64,000 nt of DNA from Octopus vulgaris (Eukaryota), in the NCBI GenBank assembly GCA_951406725.2, contig OX597815.1, positions 116,436,001 through 116,500,000 on the forward strand, in the 5' to 3' direction. Within the stretch, counting starts at the first letter, position 1. Each line of letters opens with the position of its first letter. The translations under genes were made by a program, and so were the position numbers. The notes below the pieces were generated by a model. That model ran no database searches, was not told the origin of the DNA, and saw nothing but the letters and a program-made list of their open reading frames with translations. Shown piece after piece: positions 24,974 through 38,571 of this stretch.

Positions 24974-27878
24974 ACGTACGTACGTACGTAATAGTTTTGT
25001 TGTATCTGCTTATATATGATGTACATGTTGGGTGCATACATTCATAGGTTGGTTTATATATATATATCCAAAATATTCTGACATTGCTATTTAATAACCT
25101 CTCTCTCTCTCTCTCTCCTTCCTTCTTGCTCTCTGATACATGCACACAAAATTGCATTTTAGGTGTGAACACTTGAAAATTTTAGTGTCTCTTTTGCTCA
25201 TTTGCAACATCATGTTTTAACTCTGTCTCTCTGAGCAATATATAAGATACATCCATAAGTTTAATAATAGCATTGACAATTAGTCAGTTCCATTGAGATA
25301 AGTAGTTTTAAGGAAAATTGTCCTTTAGTTGTAGGAGTGTATGAAAGTAAACAGTCTTGAGATTATATGCTAGGAGTGTATGAAGGCTAGGCTTGTCAAG
25401 AAGTTTTATAGCTCTTGGAGCAGTATAATGAAAGTCAAATGAAATTAAATGGAAATGTGTGGAGTCTTTAATCATAACTATTGATATCTGAATAAATATA
25501 AGTTATAAAGTCAGTTAGTCTAGGACTTATAACTATGACCATGAAGATGTATCTCTATAGAATTGGTTCATTTGAGGCAAATGCATGGATATTCTCATAG
25601 TTGGGAGGACTGTGAGTGAAAAAATTGATGACAATCTGATGTTATGTACATCTGGAAACCATGCCCAATTATGATAGTTTCATGAAATGAGACTACTTGT
25701 AAGATGATGTGAAGGACACTTTCAGAAAGATTTGCAGTAGCTTGTCTGATTGGCTTCACATATTCACCATAAATGCATTTTAGTGAAGTCTATCATGAGA
25801 ATAAGTGAGTATCAAACATGAATGTGAACACTGGTTTGACTCGATTTGATGAAACTTGTCGCATGATATCTCTTGAGTTCCATGTCTTCTGTATTTGTTA
25901 TTGTGATGGTGCAGCTACATCAGTAGCCTTAAAAATACAGGTGTTCTAAGTAAGAGGTTTCAAATTGTATTGGGAAACAATTTGTGACTGGTTCTATGAT
26001 CAAGAATTGTCTAAAAGATTAATGAGAAAAGGAAAAAACTTCCACAAAATGGAAATGCAATTGATTATATTAGGAAGTTATTTCAAATACTGTTCTATTC
26101 CATTATTGTTTACATTTGTTTCTTTAGCATGAGTAGGATTTTCTGCAAATATATAGATTTTTAATCTTGCTGAAGGAATTGTTTTTACAACTAGATGTCT
26201 TTCTTTCCTTTTAAATGATCTTGATGTAGAATTGTCAGTCACACAAACTGAGGCAAGCAGAGATATGTTTGTCGCCTCAATACAAATGTTTGTTCTTTGC
26301 CAAGATTTAAAAAAATTTTCTTGCGGTTATCTCACCAGGACTATATAGCATGTGGTTCCACATCCTGACATTTAACTTGTATTATCTTGTATTCAACTTT
26401 TCCTACACTAACTTCATTATAGCCCTTTGTACATTTTCAGTAATCTAAGACTGACTCTTTCATATCTTTCTTTTCGTTGAAAGATGTGCTAAAGTTAGTT
26501 TGGACATGCTTCCTCACTGTCCCTTTGTTGATAATACTATTTCACAGAATAAAAAAAAAAAATAACACTCCACCACTCATCCTCTCACTGTCGAACATGG
26601 AAAAAAGAAAAAAAAAGCTTGTGACAATTTGTGGTGGTATAGTTTTTCTGTTTTTTTTTTGTTTTCTTTTTCATTCTCTATTGCTTATCTTTTAGCATTT
26701 ATATTCCACTATATTACTATTTGACCAGCCCTCAACTATAGTTAAGTAGCAGTTAGTGTGGACGTTTCTGTCGTCACCCACTCTTAATCGATGCATCTTT
26801 TAGCTTCCAAACTTCTGTTGCTGTTTTCGTGATTGATAGTCTAAACTTAGCATTAATCTTTATAAAATGTTCTTGCTGGTTAAATTTTGTTATAAACTTA
26901 GTTTGAAAAACAGATTTAAGATTAGTTAGTTTTAATTCCACTTTGATGTGGCTTACTGGTTTAATAAATCTGAAGCTATTGATAATCCATTTGCTTGATA
27001 AAAATTCAGGAGCTTTGTTCTTCATTTTATAGTCATATTGTCTGATCACACCAATAAATTTGATTGTTTAATGGCCTAGTTATCAGTTAGGGCCTTGTCT
27101 AATTTCATTTTCATTGTACAGTGAACACCCCTAGGTATTTTTTCCACTCATTCTTTTAAGTTAGGTCATTCAGTGTTCACAAAAGTCCTATATACTTAAG
27201 ATTTACCTTACTGTTTAGACTGTGAGGAGGATTATGTCACAAGTTGTCACTTTTACCACCAAAGGGCAAGCTCATTCCCCACTGCATTCTATTTTTAATA
27301 AATTTAAATTTTGACTTCTCTTCCTTGCTTTTCTTGTCCAGAATTTAAGATAATGGTTGGTTCTCACTAGGTGTTATATTAGGATTTTTGGTTCACTTCA
27401 TTATATTAGTGTCCACTTTGTTTCTAAGTTTTTAACTGCTTCCTCCAGTATTAGAATTATTACTATCTAGAGAAAATTACCATAATTTTACTTTCTTGTA
27501 ATAAATCTAGCTTATGCACCTTTTGTAGTGTCATTTTTCTGTACACAACACACATCACTTACTAACAGTTCTACTTCCCATTTAATACTTTCTATTAAAA
27601 GTAGTTATTCTGAGATAGGCTGAAAAGACAGTCATATGTTGTTGGTTTGTGAGCATGTGTTAGGGAGTGTAGATGTGTATGTTAAGCATGTATGTATGTA
27701 TGTATGTGTGTGTGTATGTGCTTATAAACATGTGTGTAAATTTATATGTACATGGTTCATATACACGTGTACATATACTTGATCACATGCATATTTATAT
27801 ATACATACAGATTGATGTAGATGTTATTTATGCCAAATCTCTTTTCCGTATCACATTTTTATTGTTTTTTTGTTGCAG

Positions 27879-28010
27879 AAATCAGATGGTGTGCAGGTGA
27901 TAATGATCAGTTAAAGACACAAATAGATGCTTATATACAGAAACATGTTGCTGATGTAATAAACAGTAATAAGCTGTCTGTTTTACCTCGCATCCTCATA
28001 GAAATAGTGG
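27879..28010 (+). CDS. IVNS1ABP: IVNS1ABP homolog exon, BACK region
   Basis: TTGCAG| acceptor; (E)IRWCAGDNDQLKTQIDAYIQKHVADV...LPRILIEIV; G|GTAAGT donor. Confidence 0.9.
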
Positions 28011-28204
28011 GTAAGTAGTTTTTGATGAAAAGAAGAAAAAAAAAATTAGACCAATATGAGCAGTAAAGATCTGCTGTATTTTGTATTCTTTACAATCTGA
28101 TAAAATGTATTACTGTTTCTAAAAATTTCAAGAAAACAATATAAATCTTTAATAAAGTAGCATATTTATTGGACCATTTACTGAGAGAGCTTGAAAAAAT
28201 AATT

Positions 28205-28745
28205 ATAATAATGATAATGAAATTATTGTATACAGTGCTCAGGTGCACCACAACTTGTCAGAAAGTGCGTATAAAGTGTATGCAATAATGTACAAATGTC
28301 TGGAAAGTGAACAATGTATGAGTCAGATACATGTTTGTGTGTGTATGGAGGGGAGAAAATCAGGTTTCGTGTTGGCGAATCTCAGAAAGCATGGAAGTTT
28401 TGAAGGATGCAGTGCTCCGACAACTAACAACCGATGCCGGCAGTTTGTTCCATGCTTCAGCAACTCTCAGCGTGAAAAAATGTTTCCTAAAGTCATGGGA
28501 GCTGTGCTGTTTTCTGACTTTGTAAATATGTCCACGGGTGGTAGTTTGAAAAGGTGCTCAGAGTTATTGTTTGTAAGATGGTTGATAATTTTATTGGTGT
28601 CTGCCAAGTCAGCTCCCAGACGTTGGAGTTTCAATGTGTCCATGCACAGTGAAGTAAGGCATTCAGAATATTGCAAATGCCTGATGGAAGGTATTCTTTT
28701 GGTTGCACATCGCTGAATGGCTTCCAGACGATTGATATCCTGGGC
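28205..28745 (-). mobile_element. 5'-truncated CR1-like LINE (ORF2 C-terminus, 3'UTR and (ATT)n tail), antisense in intron
   Basis: Minus-strand LKLQRLGADLADTNKII...RKHFFTLRVAEAWNKLPASVV..FK, a typical CR1 ORF2 end; same family as 46365-46708. Confidence 0.85.
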
Positions 28746-29963
28746 AAGATAGGAGTTCCAGACCGGTGATGCAAATAGTACTTTTGATAGTACTTTTAGA
28801 ATTTTTATTTTGTGCTTGTGACAGTGTGTTTAAAGACTGAGTTATTTCCCTTAACACCAGGACTACGTCATTTTGGCTTCTTTCAAGATTGATAAAATAG
28901 AATATTTATAAACACAAAAACTTTTAAGGCTGTGCCTTAACATGGCCATAATCCATTAACTGAAATCAGTAAAAAAAAGTATTACATTTAAAAATGTATG
29001 CTTCATCATCCAGTGATTTACGTGTGTATTTTCATGTTAGGTGATGGGTAGATTTGCCATAGTGCAATTTTATGGCTTTTGATGTACTTTTAAATACTCT
29101 ATATCAGCTCTTAGTGATTTGAGTGTTTCACTTTAGCTTAAAGTGTTGCCATTAGAAATTTGGATTATTTCTGGCATAGAAATACACAAACATTTGATCA
29201 CTGAAACAAATTACCTGTGGTTGTTCAGTAAGAAATTGTCAAACGCTCCTACGTTGTCTAACAATAGGAGAGTCCATCATACACACACATATTTTGTTAC
29301 ATATGGCTATTTGGTTAAATTGTTCACTTGGCAATCACCTGGTACCTTGAGAAAATGACTTTTATGAAAGACTCTGGTTAAGCTTTTCAGATGTATCTGT
29401 TACTCAAACAGCACCTGCTGGCCTTTTGGCTGCCTTTAATCCACCATGTTGCAAACAACTGCTTCCTACTGCAGTAATCCAAGTGTTATAGTTTCTTTGT
29501 TTATCTCCCTCTCCTTCATTAATCATTGCAGACTTGCAGAAAGGTTATGTAATGACTTTTTTTTTTGACTAACCTATAACAAACCAAATTGGGTGAAAAA
29601 CTAAATGTCTCCAACATTATATCTCTACATGAAGATAACATTAATGCATAGTATATCATAACTATTTTTCTCAGGTTTTTAACCCATCAAAATAATGTTT
29701 TTCGTAAAATATTGGCATTCCTGACATAATGTCCTGACAGTGAAGAGCAATTAAAATCTGTCATTCTAGTTTAATGAGATTTTGAATCCGTTTTCAGTTC
29801 TAAAAAGACATTAATATTTCATAATTTGTAAATTTGTTCCAACTAGGAGAAAGACAGATAATATTACTGAAATTAATTTATATTTAAAATTTAATTTGAA
29901 AAATTCTTTTAAGAAAAACTTAGATATATTAATTAAAAAAATTTTTTTTTTATTTCCAATTAG

Positions 29964-30082
29964 GTGCTGATGAAACTATTCTTGGTAACAAAATTGATGC
30001 TCATATATTTCATCTGGTATTCAATTGGGCTAAAAATATGCTTGCTCAAGCTAGAGGCTCTTTCAATTATCTCACTGAACAG
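29964..30082 (+). CDS. IVNS1ABP: IVNS1ABP homolog exon, BACK region
   Basis: TTCCAATTAG| acceptor; (G)ADETILGNKIDAHIFHLVFNWAKNMLAQARGSFNYLTEQ; CAG|GTTTGT donor; phases 1 to 0. Confidence 0.88.
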
Positions 30083-30883
30083 GTTTGTTGAAATTTTTAA
30101 TTTTTTCTAATTTCTCTGTAGCTAAATTTCTCATTTAGTAGCTAAAATTTTTTAAAAATAATTTTAACTCTTAGCGTCTTTATATAAATTTACCTCAGTT
30201 TTGTAATGATAATGCAGAAAATACTTGAAAATGGAATTGTTATTCAAATACTTATAATTATTGTGATCAGATTATTGTAGAAAAGACTTAGTTCTCTTTT
30301 TTCTGTTTTTCTGTAAATTGTCATTGTGCTAAAAAAATAATGTTGTCTATGTGTGATTAAAAATTAAAGACAGATACACTAAAAAAAAAAGACAGTTGCT
30401 AGTAATAATTGTAATAGACATAGGAGAAACATCACAATAAAAGAAATGTTTTCACCCTGACTTTTGCAACTTATTTATTATGAAATACACTAGTTGAGTT
30501 ACAACCTTCAGAAACATATCAGAGTATGCATGAAAGTTTCAAAATAAAAATAAAATAAAAAAGCCCTGCCTGTAAACAGTTGCAAGAAGTCTGCTGTATG
30601 TGTGTTGATTTTAATAGCAAACATTAAAGAATGTAAATAAATGGTAGAGGTAGGGATCTTTTTTTTTTTTTTTTTTTTCCTTCTCAGATGAGAGTTCATT
30701 ACTTGTTTGAAAACAAATATAATCAAAATTGGTTGGTTTCAGGCTGTATGTGTCAGAATGGGGAGGAATATGCATTATTAGGTGGATTTGAGTAATACAT
30801 GGTGTTAAAATCTAATTTAGTTCACTTCTTTTATTTAAATTCTTCTCAAGAATTTTTCTCTTTGTATTTTTAATTAACTTTAG

Positions 30884-31003
30884 ACACACATGCTTTATCT
30901 AAACAACAATCAAACATTACAAGACTGTGGATTTTTGGATGACTCTAGTTTAGAGGAAGATGATATGATAAAAGACTACAAACTGTTGTCGAAGAAGAAG
31001 CAG
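30884..31003 (+). CDS. IVNS1ABP: IVNS1ABP homolog exon, intervening region
   Basis: CTTTAG| acceptor; THMLYLNNNQTLQDCGFLDDSSLEEDDMIKDYKLLSKKKQ; CAG|GTAAAC donor; 120 nt, phase 0/0. Confidence 0.88.
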
Positions 31004-31802
31004 GTAAACCACAACAGTTATATATTTCTTTTTAAATTTTATCCTGGTGTAAATAATTCAGAAACTTTGCATCTATTGAAAGTTTTACTGCTTTGTGCAT
31101 TTGCAATTAGTTACACCCAATATCAAAACTGTAAAATAGGTATACCAATGAAGGGCACATTGCGGTATTTTTTGAAAGCTACTAAGTCTTTGTTATTCAA
31201 AAGACAGGCTGATCATGTCTGCTCAGTCAAGTCTGACCTGAAACTAAATAACAATTATAAAGGAGGAGTGTACGGTAGCTTACAAAATTGCAGTGTCTAC
31301 ATTTGAGGTTGATATTTAATTTTGTGACAGTGGTGTCTTGTCCAACAGGAGTCTTCAAGGATGAGGATAGCAACCACCCAATATTCTGTTTTGCTATAAA
31401 AAGCTGTCATAAGGAACAGGGTAACAATGTTTAATGGACTTGGCATGATTTTGATAGTAGCAGTTAACAGCAATGAAATGATAGTTTTTTTTTTCTATAT
31501 TCTAGATTCTTATTTCACTGTTGATAAAATGCTATAAGAATTATTCAATCTTTAAGCACAGTCAATGCATGCAAATTAATATTCTATATTGTTGTGAAAA
31601 ATTTGAGGATGAATTTCTTAATTTCAAGCATGGCTTATAATTCAATGAGACCATCACCAGTAAAAGAATTGACAATTTTGCTGTAGATGTGTATAGTAAT
31701 TGTTCATATTGTTTATCAGCAACTTATTTTTATTTAAACAGATAAGAAATATTTATTTTCAACACTCATTCTATTAGTGACTTTTTGTTTGTACTTTTTC
31801 AG

Positions 31803-31935
31803 TTAGCTAATTGCAAAAATAAAATGGATGCAAGTAATTTTTCTCCAAATCAGTTGAGAAAACTTGCTTCTGGTGATTGTGAATGGATTCAGAGTGAACA
31901 TGAATGGTCTTTACTAGCATCATACCAATCAGCAG
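31803..31935 (+). CDS. IVNS1ABP: IVNS1ABP homolog exon, intervening region
   Basis: CTTTTTCAG| acceptor; LANCKNKMDASNFSPNQLRKLASGDCEWIQSEHEWSLLASYQSA (HEWSLLAS resembles NS1-BP HEWKIVAS); CAG|GTTAGT donor; supplies the required phase 0 to 1 change. Confidence 0.88.
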
Positions 31936-33400
31936 GTTAGTATTTTTTTTATTGCTGTTTCTTGGTAGTAGTAGTAGTAGTAGTAGTAGTGCTGATGTTC
32001 TGGGAGGAAGTGGTTGTATAAGGTGTGTGGGTAAAGAGGTGAGTAGGTAAGTAGAGAAGGTACAACACAAGTCAACTGTACAAAACAGGCTGTTATTGTA
32101 GCAGTAGAAAACACTGTGGAGACACTATGCCTGTATGCCAGATGCTGGAGTGCATCTGTTACAAAAGTCTATTTTATTTCATTAATACAAAATCAAGGAA
32201 ATTAATATAGTTTGCTGTTATTTAAAAAAACAACCCCCCCCCATTTTATGGTTGATTATTATGCAGTGATCCAATTCCATTTCTTTATTGAAACTGTCTT
32301 CCTAACATCTTTGTAGAACATAGAAGAAATGTCCCACCTCATATTCATTTGGGAGGCATGATTAATTGCATAATTTCAAACTGAAAAACAAAGATAGCTG
32401 ATCTTCCTATGTAGTATAGTATAGTAATCGATGCAAAACATCTTTACAGGTAGATCATGATAGAAAAAAAGGTCCTGCATGAAGGGGTCAAAAATGTAAG
32501 AATTGATTTACTATTGTCTGAAAGTCAATATTTAAAGAAGTACAAATAGTTCAATATATTGAAAAAAAAAAAGAAAAAGATCAAGTGCATCATTGGAATG
32601 TGCAGAAGAATAGTAGTTAGTGAGTAGTTAAAGAAAGGCTGAATTGCCAATTGGGACACTTGGTTTCAGAGGAATTCATAAGGAATGTTGGGTCAAGGAA
32701 TATGTTAATGAAACAACAAAAATCAAGTCAGTGCTTTAATTTTAAAGCAAGGGGAGAAATGGTTGCATACTGAAATAATGCCTAACAGATAGACAGGAAG
32801 TTCAAGTAGGCAATTTACTTGCAAGGTAAATGAAACCCTAAAAAAATCTGTTTTGAATAAATTTCACCTATTACTTTTGAATTTTTGAGAACCACCAAAT
32901 TTCACTTATGTAATAAGAGGTCTTGTGCTCTTACAGCTACTGGCACCTTTGTATTGTAGCTCACCCTGTTGGAATAAAAGATGTGACAGCCAGAGTTGAG
33001 TTAGAACAGCAGTTGTAAAACTTCTCATTGGTCAATATGAGTAATGCTCATGACTTTCTAGATGAATTAATGATGCAAATTATTATATAGTCATTTTTCA
33101 TCAAATTCCTGTGACTCAGTCTTTTGCAAGAGTTAAATATCTTTAAAGCTGTAATTACAACTTATTGGCATGAAATGAAGCCCTATGACAATTCTTGTAG
33201 TTTCAAACTGTGCCACTACTGTACTATTCAATCATTTTAATATAATTGTTTCTTCATGTACTAACAGTTTATAACATCATGCTGTATAAAGCAGTTACAT
33301 TGTGTAATAATATCCATCCAGTCTTCATTGTTTTCTACAACATACACTACATTTTTGAAGTTGCTTAGCTTAATTTTTTTCATTTATCTTTTATTTGCAG

Positions 33401-33652
33401 AGCGTACCTCAGTTGGAATAACTATAATGAATGGTTCTTTGTCCATTGTCACCCTCCATTTAAGACCATGTCCACCTCATAGTCCAAGTAGTACAGTATC
33501 TGACCCAGAGTCGCCTACCAATGTTCCTTCCACTGATGTTAGTAGACCTGGATCTATTGAACGAAACGTCTCCCTTACTCTCCTTGCACAAATGAGTACA
33601 GCACGATGCAGTTTTGGACTTGCAATACTCAATAAAAATCTTGTTGCTGTTG
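33401..33652 (+). CDS. IVNS1ABP: IVNS1ABP homolog exon, Ser/Pro-rich linker and start of Kelch 1
   Basis: TTTGCAG| acceptor; ...MSTARCSFGLAILNKNLVAV; G|GTAAGT donor. Confidence 0.93.
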
Positions 33653-34517
33653 GTAAGTAACCATTCTTTCACGTTTTTCATTGTTTTCTGTTTTAAGTGT
33701 GTTATAGAACTTGCCACCACAGACAATTGAAGTCTGGATAGCTCCCCCTCCAACCCATTTCAGCATGGAAAGCGGACGTTAAACGATAATAATGATGGAT
33801 AGTTGTAAAATGATTTGTTGGTATATCAGGGGAGGTAACTTTTATACTAGTGAACATTGCGCGCTCTTTATAATTTACAGGAATTAGGTTTTGAAAGCGA
33901 AAAAATTATTAAAAAACATTAAAGTTTTAATGTCTCTTAATTCCTGAGGATTTTCAGAGTGCTAGGCTGATAATTCTAGCAACCATATTGACGTGTTCAG
34001 TTGTTACATTCATACAAATGAATAAACATTATTTTTTACCAGAAACTACTGAAATTACTTTTGATGCAGGTATTATTTCTTTACATAAAATTATATATTA
34101 CTCACTTATAATATGCAATCTAGATTCTCCTTTTAGATTGTAGAGAGACTTCACACCATGGCATATCTAATAGGACATAAAAAGCTGAAATAAAAAATTA
34201 CCTACTGTAGTGGAAATACCTGTAAACTAGCAGCTGTACCAGGATTATCTTACAGCAAAATTTCTCGGGGAGATGTTGTTTAAGAGTGGATAAGTAGCTG
34301 CAATTTTAGTACACTGATCCTAGTAGTGTAAGGAAAGATAAGGAAAAGACATTAAAAAATATGAACATTACAGTTCAGATAAACATATGTTACGAATATA
34401 AATGTGGAGATCCATTTGATACATGCGGTTGGATGTTTTAAACAGCAAATTTTGGACTAGATCTAATGATTAAACACCTTCAAACAAAATACATAAGTTT
34501 TGAAAAAAAAAAACATA

Positions 34518-34677
34518 GGCGCAGGAGTGGCTGTGTGGTAAGTAGCTTGCTAACCAACCACATGTTTCTGGGTTCAGTTCATCTTGGGCAAGTGTCTTCT
34601 GCTATAGCCCTGGGCCGACCAATGCCTTGTGAGTGGATTTGGTAGACGAAAACTGATAGAAGCCTGTCGTATATATG

Positions 34678-34722
<45 letters not shown>

Positions 34723-34908
34723 TTCTGTGTCTGTCCGCCTAGCATTGCTTGACAAGCGATGCTGGTGTGTTTACGTCCCCGTCACTTAGCGGTTCAGCAA
34801 AAGAGACCGATAGAATAAGTACTGGGCTTACAAAGAATAAGTGCCGGGGCCGATTTGCTTGACTAAAGGCGGTGCTCCAGCATGGCCACAGTCAAATGAC
34901 TGAAACAC
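34518..34908 (+). mobile_element. tRNA-headed CORE-like SINE family A with internal (TA)n(TG)n, intronic
   Basis: A box TGGCTGTGTGG, B box GGTTCAG, CTTGGGCAAG core; near-identical to 44352 and 45438. Confidence 0.9.
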
Positions 34909-35049
34909 ATATAAAAAAAAAAAAAAAGAGTATACTCCAGTTTTATCATTCTATATTACTGATAAATGCTTTACTGAATGATAGTAACAACTAAAATAAT
35001 TCTTGATTGTAAGCATTTCTATGAAGATGTTTTCATTTCATTTTTCTAG

Positions 35050-35295
35050 GTGGTTACGAGAGAGGTGAATGTTTGAGAAGTGCTGAGATGTTTAATATTC
35101 AGGATAATGTTTGGACAAGTTTGCCACCAATGAAAGTTGCACGTGGACGTGTTGCTGTGGCTGTTCTTAACAACAAGCTGTATGCATGTGGTGGCTCTGA
35201 TGGTCACCATGAACTGCGGTCTGTAGAATGCTATGACACAGAAACTAACAAATGGTCTTTTGTTGCTGATATGCAGACAGAACGCTCATGTCCTG
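35050..35295 (+). CDS. IVNS1ABP: IVNS1ABP homolog exon, Kelch 1-2
   Basis: TTTCTAG| acceptor; GGYERGECLRSAEMF...LYACGGSDG...W; G|GTAAGT donor. Confidence 0.95.
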
Positions 35296-35395
35296 GTAAG
35301 TAATTTTTCTTGAATTTGATAAACAAAATCTTGAATATTTTTCTAAACTTAAAGTTTGCCATTAAGCCAAGTGTATATTTTTTTTATTTTATTAG

Positions 35396-35521
35396 GTGTT
35401 GTTGCACTAAATAACAAGATCTATTGCATTGGTGGCTGCACTGGTCAACGCTGTATTGCAGATTGTGAAGCTTATGATCCAGTTACTAACAAATGGCACA
35501 GCATTGCTTTACTGAATGAAG
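35396..35521 (+). CDS. IVNS1ABP: IVNS1ABP homolog exon, Kelch 3
   Basis: TTATTAG| acceptor; VVALNNKIYCIGGCTGQRCIADCEAYDPVTNKWHSIALLNE; G|GTTTGT donor. Confidence 0.93.
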
Positions 35522-37013
35522 GTTTGTAATTGTGTAAAATAAATTCTTGATTTCACTATATAATGATCGTCAATCTAGAATTCATTATCTTGCAATGCTC
35601 CATTTATCTTATTTTTGGCCTCTTGATTGGTGAACATTGACTCTCAGGAATGTACATTATTAGGTTAGCACTTCATTTTAATATAATATCAACATACTGC
35701 CTTTTTTGCAATTGTAGTGTCACATAAAAAGTGCCCGGTACACTCCGTAAAGTGGTTGGCATTAGGAAGGGCATCCAGCTGTAGAAAGGCTTGCCAACTT
35801 CTGTCATTGTTCAAAACATGCCAGTACAGAAAACGGACATTCAATGTTGATGAATGTTGTTTTGTAAAAGCAAACTTCACATTAAAGTAATAAATACCAT
35901 CATTTATTGATGTTAGCTGATACCACCAAATAAAATTTAAAACTGATAAGTAATGAAACCAATTGAGAGTAAAGTAGTTCAAAATTTTGTTCTTGTCAAA
36001 AAATAAGTGTTGTGTGATGAAACAAAAAGAAAGGAAGCTTATAGCTGCATAAATGTTAACACTAAACAGTGGTACTATTGTATAGATGATATCTATTTAA
36101 TTAGCCATGAAAACACGTCCTGGCAGTAAGCTTTGGGTGGTTGGGGTGAGGAAAATGGTACCCTGCTTTAAAACAGGCAAGAGTTAGTGTCAGGAAGGGC
36201 ATTCGACTGTAGGAAACTCAAGTATGGAATAGTGGACATTGAAAATGATAATTTCTAAATCAAAGAAAGCAGTATCTCTTAGGGATTATTGGGTGTTTCA
36301 GGACTGGCTGACATGTTGGGTACTGTGTTCTACAGGAAGTTAAAAGTTTACCTTAACTGTTAATACTGTTCTAATAAGAATTATCATGAAAATTACTTGT
36401 TAATAAATATAGAATAAAATAACAAAAACTTAAATAAAGACATGCAAATAAGAATAGGACACTCAAATTAAGTGCAATTTTGGAAGTAGTTGGCAGGGGT
36501 GATGGTAATATTTATTAGTAATCTTGTTTTTGCTTCTAATATCTGTTATTCTATATTTTGTTTCAATCTTCATAATCTGCTGGGGGCCTTCTCCAAGGTT
36601 GGTGAAATAATGTGTATAAGTGTAGTTTCTATCAACTATATCTTTCCACTGCAAATTTGTGCCAATAACATTTATTGCTCATTATTCCAATCATAAATAT
36701 ATCTAAACTTGCAGTGTCTAGTCCTATGAAACTTTCCGTCATCATGTTGAAAAAATTTGTAATTGACTGTTTTCTTTGTAGATATCTACCTTTCTATGTT
36801 TTTGCTACTTTTAGTCATCATCAGAGTCTGTTAGTGAATTTCGCTTAGTTTCTGTTGTATTTGAGTTTTTATTAAAAGTATTTTAAAATAAATTAAGGTC
36901 AAATATTGTAATATTGTCTTTTATTGACTTGCAATGGAATTCTTTTTTCTTTTTTGCTGTTTTCATTACTGTATGTTGTTCAGGAAAATTTTTCTTTGCT
37001 TTTTAATTGATAG

Positions 37014-37187
37014 GTCATTTTCAAGCTGCTCTTTGCACTTATGATGGTAAAATCTTTGCTATTGGTGGTAGCAGCAGTTGGAATTGCTTGAACTCTGTCA
37101 ATGTTTATGATCCTAATACTGACGTTTGGCAAACATATAGCTGTCTAAATACTCCTCGCCGAGGTGCTGGTGCAGACATTATTGAAG
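37014..37187 (+). CDS. IVNS1ABP: IVNS1ABP homolog exon, Kelch 4 and start of Kelch 5
   Basis: GATAG| acceptor; GGSSSWNCLNSV...RRGAG matches the NS1-BP signature (GGAESWNCLNTV...RRGAG); AAG|GTAATG donor. Confidence 0.95.
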
Positions 37188-37886
37188 GTAATGTTTAGTC
37201 CTTTCTTTAAGTTATTTAAATTTTAGTTTCATTGATTCAGTGTTCTTTAATGTTCTTTTTTTTAGTTTTGTGTTAGTTTTCTTTTCTCACTTGGACATGA
37301 TTAAGACATTTAATGAGCTAAATGATTTCACAATATATCTAATATTTTAAGTAAATATTGACTTACCAATCTTGATTGTATTTGAACAAATTTCATTTTT
37401 TCTCAAGAAAGACAGTTATTTCCCTTGTAAATCAAACTGAATAGACTGGAAATCTAGGCATATTTACTTAAAAATGCATCAAGTTTTTAAATAAATGCTG
37501 CAGGAAATGTTAAATCTGTTGCAAACTGAAATCGTTTAGTCAGTAAAAAAAAAAAAAAGAAAAAGTTTTTTTATCCGTTATAACTGTTGAGAATAAGTTA
37601 TCAGATCATCTGAGTACTATTTTTTTTATCAGTGGGGAGGTCTTATCTCATTGAACTCTTGGGACTGAATATGCATTCATACACATATTGACTTTAAAAA
37701 TAAGTTGCAAGAAAATCAATACATTTGAGTTTGAAAGCCAAAATCTTAGATTGGATTGATTGGTTATTAACATTTACAACTCTTTCAGCTTCAATTTTAT
37801 TGAAGTAAAATAATCTAAAGGTTTTTGTAAAATCATTTTCCTGTCCTTATAAACAAGTGTTTCAATTTTTTATTTTCTTCATGTAG

Positions 37887-38278
37887 GCAAAATCATGGTT
37901 GTTGGAGGCAGTGATGGTACACGTTCTCTACGCTCTACAGAAGTTTATGACAAAGAAAATGACAGTTGGAGTCTTGGCCCTCAACTTGGTATGGACAGAG
38001 CCAATGTTAGTGTAGTTACACTTGGAAACAAACTTTTTGCTGTTGGTGGTTTTAGTGGCAAGAAATTTTTAGATTCCCTTGAATATTTTAATCCGTTGTC
38101 AGAAGAATGGTGCTGTTATTCTCCAGTTGAAAATATCTTTCAACTATCTTCTAATGCTGAAGAATCTAACAAAGATCATAATGAAGTGACAGACTTAAGT
38201 AAAAAAGCTCGTAAGAGTCATTCAAAAGCACAAAATAATAATATACCATTAAATAATTGTGCTAATGGAATTATTTAG
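37887..38278 (+). CDS. IVNS1ABP: IVNS1ABP homolog terminal coding exon, Kelch 5-6 plus C-terminal tail
   Basis: ATGTAG| acceptor; two Kelch repeats; NIFQL resembles the NS1-BP C-terminus KIFQF; TAG stop at 38276-38278. Confidence 0.95.
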
Positions 38279-38571
38279 ATGTATTTTTAAAAAGGAAAGC
38301 ATAATTTTAAATATAATTTCATTGTATAACTTCATCTTCATTTTATGACATTTCTGTTTAGAATTGTTCTCAAGACACACTTTCAAAACACTCACTTTCA
38401 ACACACCAAAAAAAAAGCAACAAAGCAAACATTAGTCAATTAATATTTGTATGTGAAATTGCATTTCATAATATTGATGAAATTTAAACATAAAAAACAT
38501 AAATTACAACATATTTTATACAGTTTTTCTTTTATCTCATTTAAAAACATTGGCATTATCTCAAAAATATA

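Noticed and set aside
30890-31306. 138-aa ORF as a standalone gene
   Set aside because: Only 30884-31003 is exonic; the remainder is intron read-through past a CAG|GTAAAC donor.
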